Shown here: piece by piece, positions 54,073 through 62,933 of the stretch
How positions within the stretch are numbered: the first letter of the stretch is position 1
Layout of the letters: the number at the start of each line of letters is the position of its first letter
Assembly (NCBI GenBank): GCA_963664435.2
Contig: CAXXKM010000001.1
Coordinates: 320,001 to 384,000 of the forward strand
Direction: 5' to 3'
From: Longimicrobiales bacterium
Lineage (GTDB): Bacteria > Gemmatimonadota > Gemmatimonadetes > Longimicrobiales > Gaopeijiaceae
DNA: 64,000 bases
Position numbers and translations under genes: made by a program
Notes under the pieces: generated by a model
Database searches by the model: none
Seen by the model: only the letters and a program-made list of their open reading frames with translations
Told to the model about the DNA's origin: nothing

Positions 54073-55089
54073 ATGAGAGCGCTCGACAACACGATGGTGG
54101 ACGACCGGGATCTGCTGCTCCTCGATCGGGTCGGCACGGTCACGCAGGCGCTGCGCAGCGAAGTCGCGAAGCGGATCGTGGGTCAGGAAGCGGTCGTTGG
54201 CGGGCTTCTCACGGCTCTGCTTGCGAACGGCCACGTCCTCCTGGTGGGCGTGCCGGGACTCGCGAAGACGCTGCTGGTCTCGACGCTCGCCGACGCCCTC
54301 GACCTGGAGTTCGGCCGCGTGCAGTTCACGCCCGATCTGATGCCTACGGACATCACCGGGACCGAGGTCATCGAGGAGGACCGGACTTCCGGGCGGCGGG
54401 TGTTCCGCTTCGTGCGCGGACCCATCTTCGCCAACGTCGTGCTGGCGGACGAGATCAACCGGGCGCCGCCCAAGACCCAGGCGGCGCTTCTGCAGGCGAT
54501 GCAGGAACGGGCGGTCACGGCGTCGGGCGAAACCATGGCCCTTGCTCCTCCCTTCTTCGTGCTGGCGACTCAGAATCCCATCGAGCAGGAGGGCACGTAC
54601 CCTCTTCCGGAGGCGCAGCTGGACCGCTTCATGCTCGAACTGCGCATCGGCTATCCCGATCAGCGGGAGGAGGAAGAGATCGCCATGAGAACCACCGGCG
54701 CCGACGACGGCCTGGTCTCGCCCGTCGTCGCCGCGGGAGAACTGATCGAGCTGCAGAATCTGGTGCGGCGCGTGCCCGCGTCGCCGGCGTTGATCTCCTT
54801 CGCCGTCCGCCTCGCACGCGCGACTCGCCCTTCTCCCGGCGCGCCCACGGTCACGAGGAAGTACGTGAGCTGGGGAGCCGGGCCGCGCGCCTCCCAGTTC
54901 CTCGTGCTCGGCGCCAAGGCGCGCGCCGCGATGAACGGCGAAGCCATGCCCTCGATCGACGACGTGAGCGCGGTCGCTGCCGATGTCCTGGCGCATCGCC
55001 TGGTGCTGAACTTCGAGGCGGAGGCCGACAGCCGGGGCACCCACGACATCATTCGCGAGCTGCTTGAGGAGAGCCGCCAGTGGAGGTAG
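54073..55089 (+). CDS. MoxR-family AAA+ ATPase
   Basis: GVPGLAKT, QFTPDLMP, LADEINR, ATQNPIEQEGTYPLPEAQLDRF. Confidence 0.95.
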   Translation: MRALDNTMVDDRDLLLLDRVGTVTQALRSEVAKRIVGQEAVVGGLLTALLANGHVLLVGVPGLAKTLLVSTLADALDLEFGRVQFTPDLMPTDITGTEVIEEDRTSGRRVFRFVRGPIFANVVLADEINRAPPKTQAALLQAMQERAVTASGETMALAPPFFVLATQNPIEQEGTYPLPEAQLDRFMLELRIGYPDQREEEEIAMRTTGADDGLVSPVVAAGELIELQNLVRRVPASPALISFAVRLARATRPSPGAPTVTRKYVSWGAGPRASQFLVLGAKARAAMNGEAMPSIDDVSAVAADVLAHRLVLNFEAEADSRGTHDIIRELLEESRQWR

Positions 55090-55189
55090 ATCCAAGCAGT
55101 ACCAGCGCTTCCGAGCCTCCGTCAGGCTGGCGGGGCCGACCCGCGGGAATCGGATCGGCCGCGGGTTGCCCGTGGACGGGAGGCCTCAC

Positions 55190-56440
55190 TTGACTACCAT
55201 CCTGTTGGGCCTCGGGCTTCTGCTGCTCGTCGGGTCGGCGCTGTTGACCGCGGCCCAGACCGCCTGCGTCACGGTGGGCGACTCGCGGCTCCGCACGCTC
55301 GTGGACGAAGGCTTCCAGGAGGCCGACAAGCTGTCGCGCCTGCGGGAGGAGCCCGTCAGGTTCCTCGACTCCTACGTGCTCTTCGACACGGTGTTCAACG
55401 CGGGCGCCGCCGGGCTGTGGGTCGGGGCGTCGGCAAGCGCGGGGACCGGCTCCGTGGTGGTCGCCGCGGTCGTGGCCGTCGGGACCGTGCTGGTCGCCGG
55501 CGAGCTGGTGCCGCGGGCGGTGGCCCGGGCCAGGCCGGTTCGGCTGGCGCTCGTCAGCGCGCCCGCGCTGCTGCTGCTCGAACGGCTCTCGCGCCCGCTC
55601 CTGTACCCGGTACGGCGATTCGCGCGCTACTGGACCCACCGGCCCGGCGATGAAGGCCGCTCGGCCGAGGAGCGCGAGGTGAGCGAACTGGCCGAACTGG
55701 GTCAGGAGGAAGGCGTCGTGATGCCCGAGGAACACGAACTGGCGGAACGGGCCTTTCGCCTGGACGAGACCACCGCCTGGGACGTGATGACGCCGCGCGT
55801 GTCCATCTTCGCCTGGCGCGACGCGCTGAAGCTCGACGACATCATCGAGCAGCTGCCCGAGGTGCCGTATTCGCGGGTGCCGGTGTTCGGCGAATCGATC
55901 GACGACGTCACCGGCATCCTGTATGTGCGCGAAGCCTATGCGGCCCACTCCGGCGGACAGGGCAAGGCGCGGCTGTCGGAGCTCTCGCGGGAGCCGTTCT
56001 TCGTTCCCGGTTCCCTGCCGCTTACGCGCCTGTTGCGTGATTTCCAGAGCCGGCGCATTCACATGGGCATCGTGGCCGACGAATTCGGTGGCACCGACGG
56101 TCTCGTCACCCTGGAGGACATACTGGAGGAGCTGGTCGGCGAGATCGTGGACGAAACCGATCCCGCCTCCGAGCCCATCGTGCGCGTATCCCGCACGGAA
56201 GCGATCGTCGAGGGCTCAACGGAACTTCGGGAGATCAACTACGCGATGAACGTCTCCCTGCCCCATCTGGAGCACCGCTCGCTCAACGGGTTTCTGCTGG
56301 AACGGCTGGGCCAGGTGCCCGCTCCGGGGGAGCAGGTGACGGTGTCGGGTGTCGAGATCGAGATCGTGGAGGCCTCCGAGACCCAGATCCTGCACGCCAG
56401 ACTGCGGAGGATGCCGGCTGCCGGGGGCGAAGGCGAGTAG
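55190..56440 (+). CDS. Hemolysin/CNNM (DUF21-CBS-CorC) family protein
   Basis: GELVPR, VMTPR, YSRVPV, DEFGGTDGLVTLEDILEELVGEI; TTG start with GGGAGG RBS. Confidence 0.92.
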   Translation: MTTILLGLGLLLLVGSALLTAAQTACVTVGDSRLRTLVDEGFQEADKLSRLREEPVRFLDSYVLFDTVFNAGAAGLWVGASASAGTGSVVVAAVVAVGTVLVAGELVPRAVARARPVRLALVSAPALLLLERLSRPLLYPVRRFARYWTHRPGDEGRSAEEREVSELAELGQEEGVVMPEEHELAERAFRLDETTAWDVMTPRVSIFAWRDALKLDDIIEQLPEVPYSRVPVFGESIDDVTGILYVREAYAAHSGGQGKARLSELSREPFFVPGSLPLTRLLRDFQSRRIHMGIVADEFGGTDGLVTLEDILEELVGEIVDETDPASEPIVRVSRTEAIVEGSTELREINYAMNVSLPHLEHRSLNGFLLERLGQVPAPGEQVTVSGVEIEIVEASETQILHARLRRMPAAGGEGE

Positions 56441-56445
56441 CGGGA

Positions 56446-57030
56446 ATGGCGTTGATTCTGCCCTTCAGCGGGCACACTCCCAAGGTGGCCGAGAGCGCCT
56501 TCCTGGCGCCCACGGCGGTTCTCATCGGCGACGTGACAGTGGGTGAGAAAGCCAGCGTATGGTTCGGGGCGGTGCTGCGGGGGGACAACCCGGAGCACGG
56601 AGTGGTCATCGGGGCGCGCAGCAACATCCAGGAGAACTGCGTAGTGCATGTGGGCCACTGGGGACCGACGGTGGTCGGAGAGGACGTGACGGTCGGGCAC
56701 GGGGCCAAGTTCGAGAGCTGCGTGATCGGCGACAACACGGTCGTCGGGATGAACGCCGTCATCCTGCAGGGCGCGCGCGTGGGCACCGGCTGCGTGCTGG
56801 CGGCGGGCACGGTCGTACTCGAGGGCGCCGATATCCCCGCGAACAGCCTGGTCGCGGGCGTTCCGGGGCGGATCAGGAAGACCCTCGAAGGGGCGTCGGC
56901 GCGCTGGGTGGAGGGAGGTGGGAGCCACTATGTGCGGCTGTCGCGGCGGTACATGGAGGAGCTCAGAGCGAAGCCAGCCCGGACAACCGCAGATACCAGT
57001 CGAGCAGGGCGTCCCCCCACGAGTGAGTGA
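56446..57030 (+). CDS. Gamma carbonic anhydrase-family (hexapeptide repeat) protein
   Basis: IGDVTVG, WFGAVLRGD, SNIQEN, TVGHGA. Confidence 0.92.
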   Translation: MALILPFSGHTPKVAESAFLAPTAVLIGDVTVGEKASVWFGAVLRGDNPEHGVVIGARSNIQENCVVHVGHWGPTVVGEDVTVGHGAKFESCVIGDNTVVGMNAVILQGARVGTGCVLAAGTVVLEGADIPANSLVAGVPGRIRKTLEGASARWVEGGGSHYVRLSRRYMEELRAKPARTTADTSRAGRPPTSE

Positions 57031-58192
57031 TGGCGGCGCCGACCGCCAGGAACACGCCGAGGGGCACCAACTGCCGGGTTCCAAGCAGGAGGCGGAGCTT
57101 GAGGTAGGCCAGGAGGCCCGCGAAGGCTCCCAGGAATACCGTCAGGACCGCACCCCACGGACCGGTGAACGCACCCACCAGCGCCATCATCTTGACATCT
57201 CCGCCTCCCAGAACGGTCTCCGGAGCCACGGGCGCGTGGGCCGGGCCCTCCGCGTGGGCCGGATCCTCCAGGCGGCCCGGGGCCTCCGCGGGCGTCGGGG
57301 CCTCCAAGTGGGCCGGGTTGTCCGTGGGAGCCGAGGCCTCCAGGTGCCCCGGCTCGGCGGGGGCCGGGCCCGCGGGGAAAGCCCGCGCGGGGGCGTCCGC
57401 GTCCATCCCCAACCCGTCCACCCAGGCAACCAGGACGGCCATCCCGGCCGCGCTGGCCGCCACCGCCGCAGCCACGCCGACAGGCCCGAACCACCATCCC
57501 ACCAGGACCATCACCGGCAGGACCGGCAACACCGCCGCCAACTGACCGGGCGGCCGGGTCAGGAAGCGCACCCCCCGTGCGTCGCGAGCCCGCAGGCGTC
57601 CCCGGTCGTGTTCCCGGGCGGCCGCCTCCAGCCTGCCCGGCCGCGTGCGCGCAAGCACCCAGGTGCCCACCGCCCCCGCCGCCCACATCCCCCCGAACCC
57701 CGCCGCCGCCCCCGCGGCCGCGCTCCCCGGCGTGATTCCCCCCGGCGCGAGCGACAGCGCCAGGCCCACCGCCGCGCCGCCGAGCGAGAACTGGTCGGGG
57801 ATCAGGTACTGGCGCGCGTCGGTGAGGGCGATGCCCAGCAGGACGAGCAGGAAGAAGCCGGCGCCGGCCGCCTCGAGGCCCAGGCCGCGGGTCAGGACCA
57901 CGAGCACACAGATCGCGGCCCCGGCTGCCTCCACCAGCGGATAGCACAGGGAGACGCCCGCACCACACGACCGGCAGCGGCCGCGCAGCAGGAACCAGCT
58001 CGCCACCGGGATCTGGTCGTACCAGCGGATGGTCGTCGTGCAGGCCGGGCACGCGGAGCGCGGCCGCACCACCGACCGACGGCGCGGCCAGCGCGCCACG
58101 CACACGTTGAGGAACGACCCGAGCGCCAGGCCGACCAGCCCGGCGAGGGAAAGCACCACCGGATCGAGGGCGAGCACCACCGAATCCGTCAT
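56963..58192 (-). CDS. pilD: Prepilin peptidase/N-methyltransferase with an internal insertion
   Basis: GSFLNVCVARWP, SACPAC, RGRCRSC, LTDARQYLIPD, GGGDVKM, VPLGVFL. Confidence 0.9.
   Translation of the reverse strand: MTDSVVLALDPVVLSLAGLVGLALGSFLNVCVARWPRRRSVVRPRSACPACTTTIRWYDQIPVASWFLLRGRCRSCGAGVSLCYPLVEAAGAAICVLVVLTRGLGLEAAGAGFFLLVLLGIALTDARQYLIPDQFSLGGAAVGLALSLAPGGITPGSAAAGAAAGFGGMWAAGAVGTWVLARTRPGRLEAAAREHDRGRLRARDARGVRFLTRPPGQLAAVLPVLPVMVLVGWWFGPVGVAAAVAASAAGMAVLVAWVDGLGMDADAPARAFPAGPAPAEPGHLEASAPTDNPAHLEAPTPAEAPGRLEDPAHAEGPAHAPVAPETVLGGGDVKMMALVGAFTGPWGAVLTVFLGAFAGLLAYLKLRLLLGTRQLVPLGVFLAVGAAITHSWGDALLDWYLRLSGLASL
57265..57360. repeat. Degenerate 36-bp coding repeat inside pilD
   Basis: CCTCCA at 57265, 57301 and 57337; peptides PGHLEA, PAHLEA, PGRLED. 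Confidence 0.7.
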
Positions 58193-58274
58193 GCGCGCGC
58201 GACCATGCGGGACGCGACCATGCGGAACACACGGCGAGGCCGCGCGAACGGAGGAGCGATCCAGGCTGTACCGG

Positions 58275-59060
58275 TCATGCGCGCGTGAGCGCGTAGAGCA
58301 CGACCGCGCCCGCGACCGCTGCGTTGAGCGAATCCGCCGCTCCGGCCATCGGCACGGCCGCGAGCGCGCCTGCCGCCTCGCGGATCTCCGCGCGCACACC
58401 CGCGCCCTCGTTGCCGACTACCAGCATCCACGGAGGCGTGACGGAGAGGGCGGCAGCGTCCTGCCCGCCGGCGTCGGCCACGATCACCTGCACCCCGGCA
58501 GCCCATTCGCGCACCTCGCTCCACGGTGCGCGCAGCACCGGGATGCGGAACGCGCTTCCCGCGGACGCGCGCACCACCCGGGCGTTCCAGGGATCAACGG
58601 CCCCGTCGAGGGCGAGCACGGCGGTGAGGCCAAAGGCTCTCGCAGTGCGGATCAGGGTGCCCATGTTGCCCGGATCCTGGATGCCGTCCAGCACGAGGAA
58701 GCGCCCGTCTTCGGCCAGGGGCATCGCCTCCAGCCCGATTGACGGCTCCTCACACACCAGCAGGATCCCCTGGGGGCTGGCCGTCGCGGACGCGGCCGCC
58801 ATTTCGCGCTCCCCCACCCAGTCGGGCATCACCCCCCTTTCCTCCAATTGCGTGAGCATTGCGGACCCGGCGGGGGAGCGCATCAACGCGGGCGAGCAGA
58901 CCGCGAAGCGCACGGCCGCGTCGGCCGCGAGCGCTTCACCGGATGCGCGGACGCCCTCTACCAGCACGCGGCCCTCGCGGACACGGCCCCGGCCGCTCGC
59001 GAGCCGCGCCAGCAGCCGCGTCCTGCGCTTGCTCAGCACCCCCTGGCCGGGGCCGGTCAC
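58275..59060 (-). CDS. TrmH/SpoU-family RNA methyltransferase
   Basis: LDGIQDPGNMGTLIRTA, VGNEGAG, DSLNAAVA. Confidence 0.93.
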   Translation of the reverse strand: MTGPGQGVLSKRRTRLLARLASGRGRVREGRVLVEGVRASGEALAADAAVRFAVCSPALMRSPAGSAMLTQLEERGVMPDWVGEREMAAASATASPQGILLVCEEPSIGLEAMPLAEDGRFLVLDGIQDPGNMGTLIRTARAFGLTAVLALDGAVDPWNARVVRASAGSAFRIPVLRAPWSEVREWAAGVQVIVADAGGQDAAALSVTPPWMLVVGNEGAGVRAEIREAAGALAAVPMAGAADSLNAAVAGAVVLYALTRA

Positions 59061-59187
59061 TTCACCACCTCACCGGCTCCGGATTGCTCGTCCTTCTCCG
59101 CACCCTGCTCATTCCTCGAAAGCGAAGTATCTTTTCGGCGGCGCCGGCAAGCGCGCCACGGCCTCTATCGACCTCCCCCACCGTCCC

Positions 59188-60018
59188 ATGCCAGCTCCAC
59201 CACAAACAAGCCCCGGCTCGCTGCCGGTGGCGCTCACCATAGCCGGGAGCGATTCCGGCGGCGGCGCGGGCATCCAGGCGGACCTGAAGACCTTCCACGC
59301 GTTCGGCGTGTTCGGCACCTCGGCGGTGACTGCCATCACCGCCCAGAACACCCTGGGGGTGAGCGCCGTCCATCCCGTCCCGCCCGAGGTCGTGCGCGCA
59401 CAGGTCGACGCGGTCGTCGTGGATCTCCAGCCTCGTGCCCTCAAAACCGGAATGCTGGCGACGGCCGAGCTGGTCGAAACCGTTGCGGACGCAATCGTCG
59501 CCCACGGGCTGCGCGCCTGCGTGATGGATCCCGTCATGGTCGCCGCCAGCGGCCACCGCCTGCTCGAGCCCGACGCCGAGGCGACGCTGGCGCGCCGGCT
59601 GCTCCCGCTGACCGCGCTGGTGACGCCCAACCTGCACGAGGCCGCGCTGCTGACCGGCACCGACGTCGACTCGCTCGCAACCATGCGTGCGGCGGCCCGT
59701 CACCTGGTCAAGATGGGGGCGGGGGCGGCGCTGGTGAAGGGCGGCCACCTTCCCTCCGGGGAGGCGGCGGATGTGTTCTGGGACGGGAACGAGGAGTGCG
59801 TCTGGCGCCGCCCGCGCATCGCGACCCGTCACGTGCACGGCACAGGTTGCACGCTCTCGGCCGCGGCGGCCGCCGAACTCGCGCGCGGCACGCCGCTCCC
59901 GGCAGCCGTGGACGCCGCCGTGGACTTCGTCGCGCGCGCGATCGCGTCGGCACCGGGGCTGGGGTCGGGGGGCGGTCCGATCAACCACTTCGCCGGGCCT
60001 CGGACGGACGGCGACTGA
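59188..60018 (+). CDS. thiD: Hydroxymethylpyrimidine/phosphomethylpyrimidine kinase
   Basis: [42 protein letters not shown]. Confidence 0.96.
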   Translation: MPAPPQTSPGSLPVALTIAGSDSGGGAGIQADLKTFHAFGVFGTSAVTAITAQNTLGVSAVHPVPPEVVRAQVDAVVVDLQPRALKTGMLATAELVETVADAIVAHGLRACVMDPVMVAASGHRLLEPDAEATLARRLLPLTALVTPNLHEAALLTGTDVDSLATMRAAARHLVKMGAGAALVKGGHLPSGEAADVFWDGNEECVWRRPRIATRHVHGTGCTLSAAAAAELARGTPLPAAVDAAVDFVARAIASAPGLGSGGGPINHFAGPRTDGD

Positions 60019-60057
60019 GGGCCGAACAGCAACGGTGCAGGGACGCGTCACACCCTT

Positions 60058-60104
60058 CCGCCTGCTCGACCGCCGCCTTCTGCAACCTGGCATCGTAAGG
60101 GGCG
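60058..60104 (-). pseudogene. Intergenic remnant resembling an internal segment of the PNP gene
   Basis: 41/47 identity to 60545-60591; encodes APYDARLQKAAVEQA versus APYDAGLQKAAVEQA. Confidence 0.7.
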
Positions 60105-60209
60105 AGCCTCCTGTCCCCGATTCTGTCCGGCCTGGAGGTGGTCGGCCCGGTTGAGGAAGGTTGCAAGCAAGCCGAGCCGGTGCTCAACAGGAGGATCGCG
60201 GGGTGCGCG

Positions 60210-61073
60210 TCAACCCGACAGCGCACCCCCCGCCAGCATCCCGCGGATCACCCGCTCCAGCACCGCACCCGCCCGGTTCCCCACCTCCAGAACCTCGTCA
60301 TGCGAGATGGCGTCCGCGCCTTCCGCCCCCGGCGCCATGCCGACCCCGCACGCCATGTTGGTGACCATGGCGAAACCCAGCACCCGCACGCCGCGTGCGC
60401 GCAGCGTGAGCACCTCGGGCACGACCGACATCCCGACCACGTCACCACCCATCCGCTCGACCATGCGTATCTCGGCCGGGGTCTCGAAGCTGGGGCCAAG
60501 CAGGGCCGTGTACGTTCCTCGCACCAGGCGGACGCCCAGCCGGGCCGCCTGCTCCACCGCGGCCTTCTGCAACCCCGCGTCGTAGGGGGCGCTCATGTCC
60601 GGAAACGGGTTCGCGTCCGCTGCCTGGGCGGGCGGCGGCAACGGCGTGCGGGCGAGCAGGTTGATGTGGTCGTCGATCACCATCAGGTCGCCCGGACGCA
60701 GGTACCGGTCGACGCCCCCCACCGCTGCCGTGATGACGGAGCTCCTCACCCCCAGCGCCGCCGCAATGCGGGACGGCGCCGAGATCACCCATGGCGGATG
60801 GCCCTCGTAGAAGTGCAGCCGCCCGCACTGCACCAGCACCGGCACCCCCTCGCAGCGCCCGAAGATGAAATGGCCCGCGTGTCCCGGAACCCCCGCCGAT
60901 GGGATGCCGGGCACCTCCCCGAACGGCACGTCCTCCTCCACCTCGACCACCCGCTCGAGCCCGCCAAGTCCGGAACCGAGCAGCAGATGCACCTGCGGAG
61001 CCGTGCGGACTCGTGCCCGCAGCGACCCCACCACCGCTTCGAAGTCGTCTCCCGGTCCCACGCCCGGCTTCAA
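60210..61073 (-). CDS. Purine nucleoside phosphorylase (family 2, trimeric type)
   Basis: LGSGLG, GRLHFYEG, DHIN, GPSFETPAE, VGMSVVPE, VTN. Confidence 0.93.
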   Translation of the reverse strand: MKPGVGPGDDFEAVVGSLRARVRTAPQVHLLLGSGLGGLERVVEVEEDVPFGEVPGIPSAGVPGHAGHFIFGRCEGVPVLVQCGRLHFYEGHPPWVISAPSRIAAALGVRSSVITAAVGGVDRYLRPGDLMVIDDHINLLARTPLPPPAQAADANPFPDMSAPYDAGLQKAAVEQAARLGVRLVRGTYTALLGPSFETPAEIRMVERMGGDVVGMSVVPEVLTLRARGVRVLGFAMVTNMACGVGMAPGAEGADAISHDEVLEVGNRAGAVLERVIRGMLAGGALSG

Positions 61074-61150
61074 GGGGTCATCTCCGTTCCATGCAGCCCG
61101 TCCCCGGCATCACCGGGCCCAGGCCCGTCCGTACAGGTTCACCCTCGGCT

Positions 61151-62680
61151 TCACAGGATCATCCCCGCCACGGTCGCGGTCATGAAGGCCGCGAGCGCCC
61201 CCCCGACCATCGCCCGCAGCCCGATGCGCGAAAGGTCGTGCCGGCGTGAAGGCGCCAGTCCGCCGATGCCGCCGAGCTGGATGGCGATGGAGGAGAAGTT
61301 GGCGAAACCGCACAGGGCGTAGGTGGCGATCACCACCGAGCGGGGATGCAGGGTGGAGCCCTCCCCGAGCAGGCCCGCCAGCTCGACGTAGGCCACGAAC
61401 TCGTTGAGCGCCGTCTTGATCCCCATCAGCGAACCCACCTCGGCCGCGTCGGCCCAGGGCACCCCCATGAGCCAGGCCAGCGGAGCCAGGGCCAGCCCCA
61501 GAACGGACTGCAGGGTGAGGTCGGGCAGGCCGACCAGCCCCCCGGCCCAACCCATCAGCCCGTTGATCAGATAGACCAGCGCCACGAACGCAAGCAGCAT
61601 GGCGCCCACGTTGAGGGCGAGGCGGAGTCCGTCGCCCGCCCCGCGCGCGGCCGCGTCGATGACGTTCACGTCCGGCTTCTCGACGCTCGTGACCAGTTGG
61701 CCCGCGGTCTCGGGCTCGCCGTCCTCCGGGTACATGAGCTTGGCCATCATCAGCGCGGCCGGCGCGGACATGACCGACGCCGCCATCAGGTGCCCGGCGA
61801 TGTCCGGGAAGTACGAGATGAGGAAGCCGACGTATGCCGCCATGACACCGCCCGCCACCGTCGCGAAGCCGGCGGTCATCACCGCGTTCAGCTCCGACAT
61901 GGTCATCTTCTCGACGAAGGGCTTGATGAGGAGGGGCGCCTCGGTCTGGCCCACGAAGATGTTGCCCGCCGCGGAGAGGGTCTCCGCCCCCGAGGTACGC
62001 ATGGTGCGCTGCATCACCCAGGCCATCCCGCGCACCACGAACTGCATCACGCCGAGGTGATACAGCACCGTCATGAGGGAGGCCAGGAAGATGATCGTGG
62101 GCAGCACGGTGAAGGCGACGTAGGCCGCCGGATTGGCGACCTGTCCGGGGATCGGGTTGAAGTCGCCGTTGCCGGGTTCGCCCGTGCCGATGGGGATGTT
62201 GTTGTCGACCAGGTTGCCGAAGATGAAGCGCGCTCCCTCGAGCGTGTATCCCAGCAGCCCCACGACCACGGTATTGGCGCCCTGGAAGAGTGCCAGTCCC
62301 GCAGCCGTCTTCAGGATGAAGAAGGCGAAGACCAGCTGCAGCGAAACGCCCCAGGCGACCACCCGCCAGGGGATGGCGGCCCGGTTGACGCTGAAGGCCC
62401 AGGCGAGCGCGCCCAGCGCGAGCATGCCGAGAAGCGACCGCAGCCGCTCCGGGAAGGAGGTATCCAGACCCTCGGAGGCGATCGAGATCCCGAGTCCCGG
62501 CCCCTGCCGGGCGGAAGCCTCCTCCTCCGGCGCCGGGGCCGTCTCCACGCCCGGAACATCCTCCGAGGCCGCCCCGAGGGAAGGGGCAGCCACGCCCGCT
62601 GCCACGAGGAGCCCGCAGACCACCCACAGAAGAACCAACCCGGGCCGGGCACGTGCGCGATCGAGGAAAGAGGCAGGCAT
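61151..62680 (-). CDS. nupC: Concentrative nucleoside transporter (CNT/NupC family)
   Basis: VLPTIIF, NIFVGQTEAP, GFATVAG, NEFVAY, LCGFANFSS. Confidence 0.95.
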   Translation of the reverse strand: MPASFLDRARARPGLVLLWVVCGLLVAAGVAAPSLGAASEDVPGVETAPAPEEEASARQGPGLGISIASEGLDTSFPERLRSLLGMLALGALAWAFSVNRAAIPWRVVAWGVSLQLVFAFFILKTAAGLALFQGANTVVVGLLGYTLEGARFIFGNLVDNNIPIGTGEPGNGDFNPIPGQVANPAAYVAFTVLPTIIFLASLMTVLYHLGVMQFVVRGMAWVMQRTMRTSGAETLSAAGNIFVGQTEAPLLIKPFVEKMTMSELNAVMTAGFATVAGGVMAAYVGFLISYFPDIAGHLMAASVMSAPAALMMAKLMYPEDGEPETAGQLVTSVEKPDVNVIDAAARGAGDGLRLALNVGAMLLAFVALVYLINGLMGWAGGLVGLPDLTLQSVLGLALAPLAWLMGVPWADAAEVGSLMGIKTALNEFVAYVELAGLLGEGSTLHPRSVVIATYALCGFANFSSIAIQLGGIGGLAPSRRHDLSRIGLRAMVGGALAAFMTATVAGMIL

Positions 62681-62744
62681 TTCTGGTCCCGTTCAGGGTA
62701 GGCGGGCGCGGCACCACGCGCGGGAGCTCCGGGCACCATGATAA

Positions 62745-62789
62745 CCCGACCGTCGGGGAATCGCCCGACCGTCTGGAAATCGCCCGACC
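62745..62789. repeat. 19-bp period tandem repeat in the nupC-dnaK spacer
   Basis: CCCGACC at 62745, 62764 and 62783; the first two units are CCCGACCGTCGGGGAATCG and CCCGACCGTCTGGAAATCG. Confidence 0.75.
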
Positions 62790-62797
62790 ATTCCGAG

Positions 62798-62848
62798 AAG
62801 TCTGCCATTTTGTCAGGCCCCGGCAGCAAAGTCTGCCATTTTGTCAGG
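62798..62848. promoter_or_regulatory. Identical 20-bp direct repeat, candidate activator sites
   Basis: AAGTCTGCCATTTTGTCAGG at 62798-62817 and 62829-62848. Confidence 0.7.
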
Positions 62849-62864
62849 TCTGCGGCCCAAAACG

Positions 62865-62880
62865 GGGCACGAACGTTGCT
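62865..62880 (+). promoter_or_regulatory. Sigma54 (-24/-12) promoter for dnaK
   Basis: GGGCACGAACGTTGCT versus consensus TGGCACG-N4-TTGCW, 53 bp before the ATG. Confidence 0.65.
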
Positions 62881-62933
62881 CCACACCCGGCGACACCCCG
62901 TAGTCGGCAACTCACACCATGCAAGGAGAACAG

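Noticed and set aside
58200..58225. CGACCATGCGG repeated with a 15-bp period before pilD
   Set aside because: Only two short copies in GC-rich DNA, not enough to call a function
60058..60591. PNP duplicate as a DGR template/variable repeat pair
   Set aside because: Mismatches are not adenine-specific, the match is only 47 bp, and there is no reverse transcriptase in the window
61070..61085. Possible frameshift at the PNP start (ATGACCCC-TTG)
   Set aside because: TTG at 61073 has GGAG 8 nt upstream and works as a start, so no indel is needed
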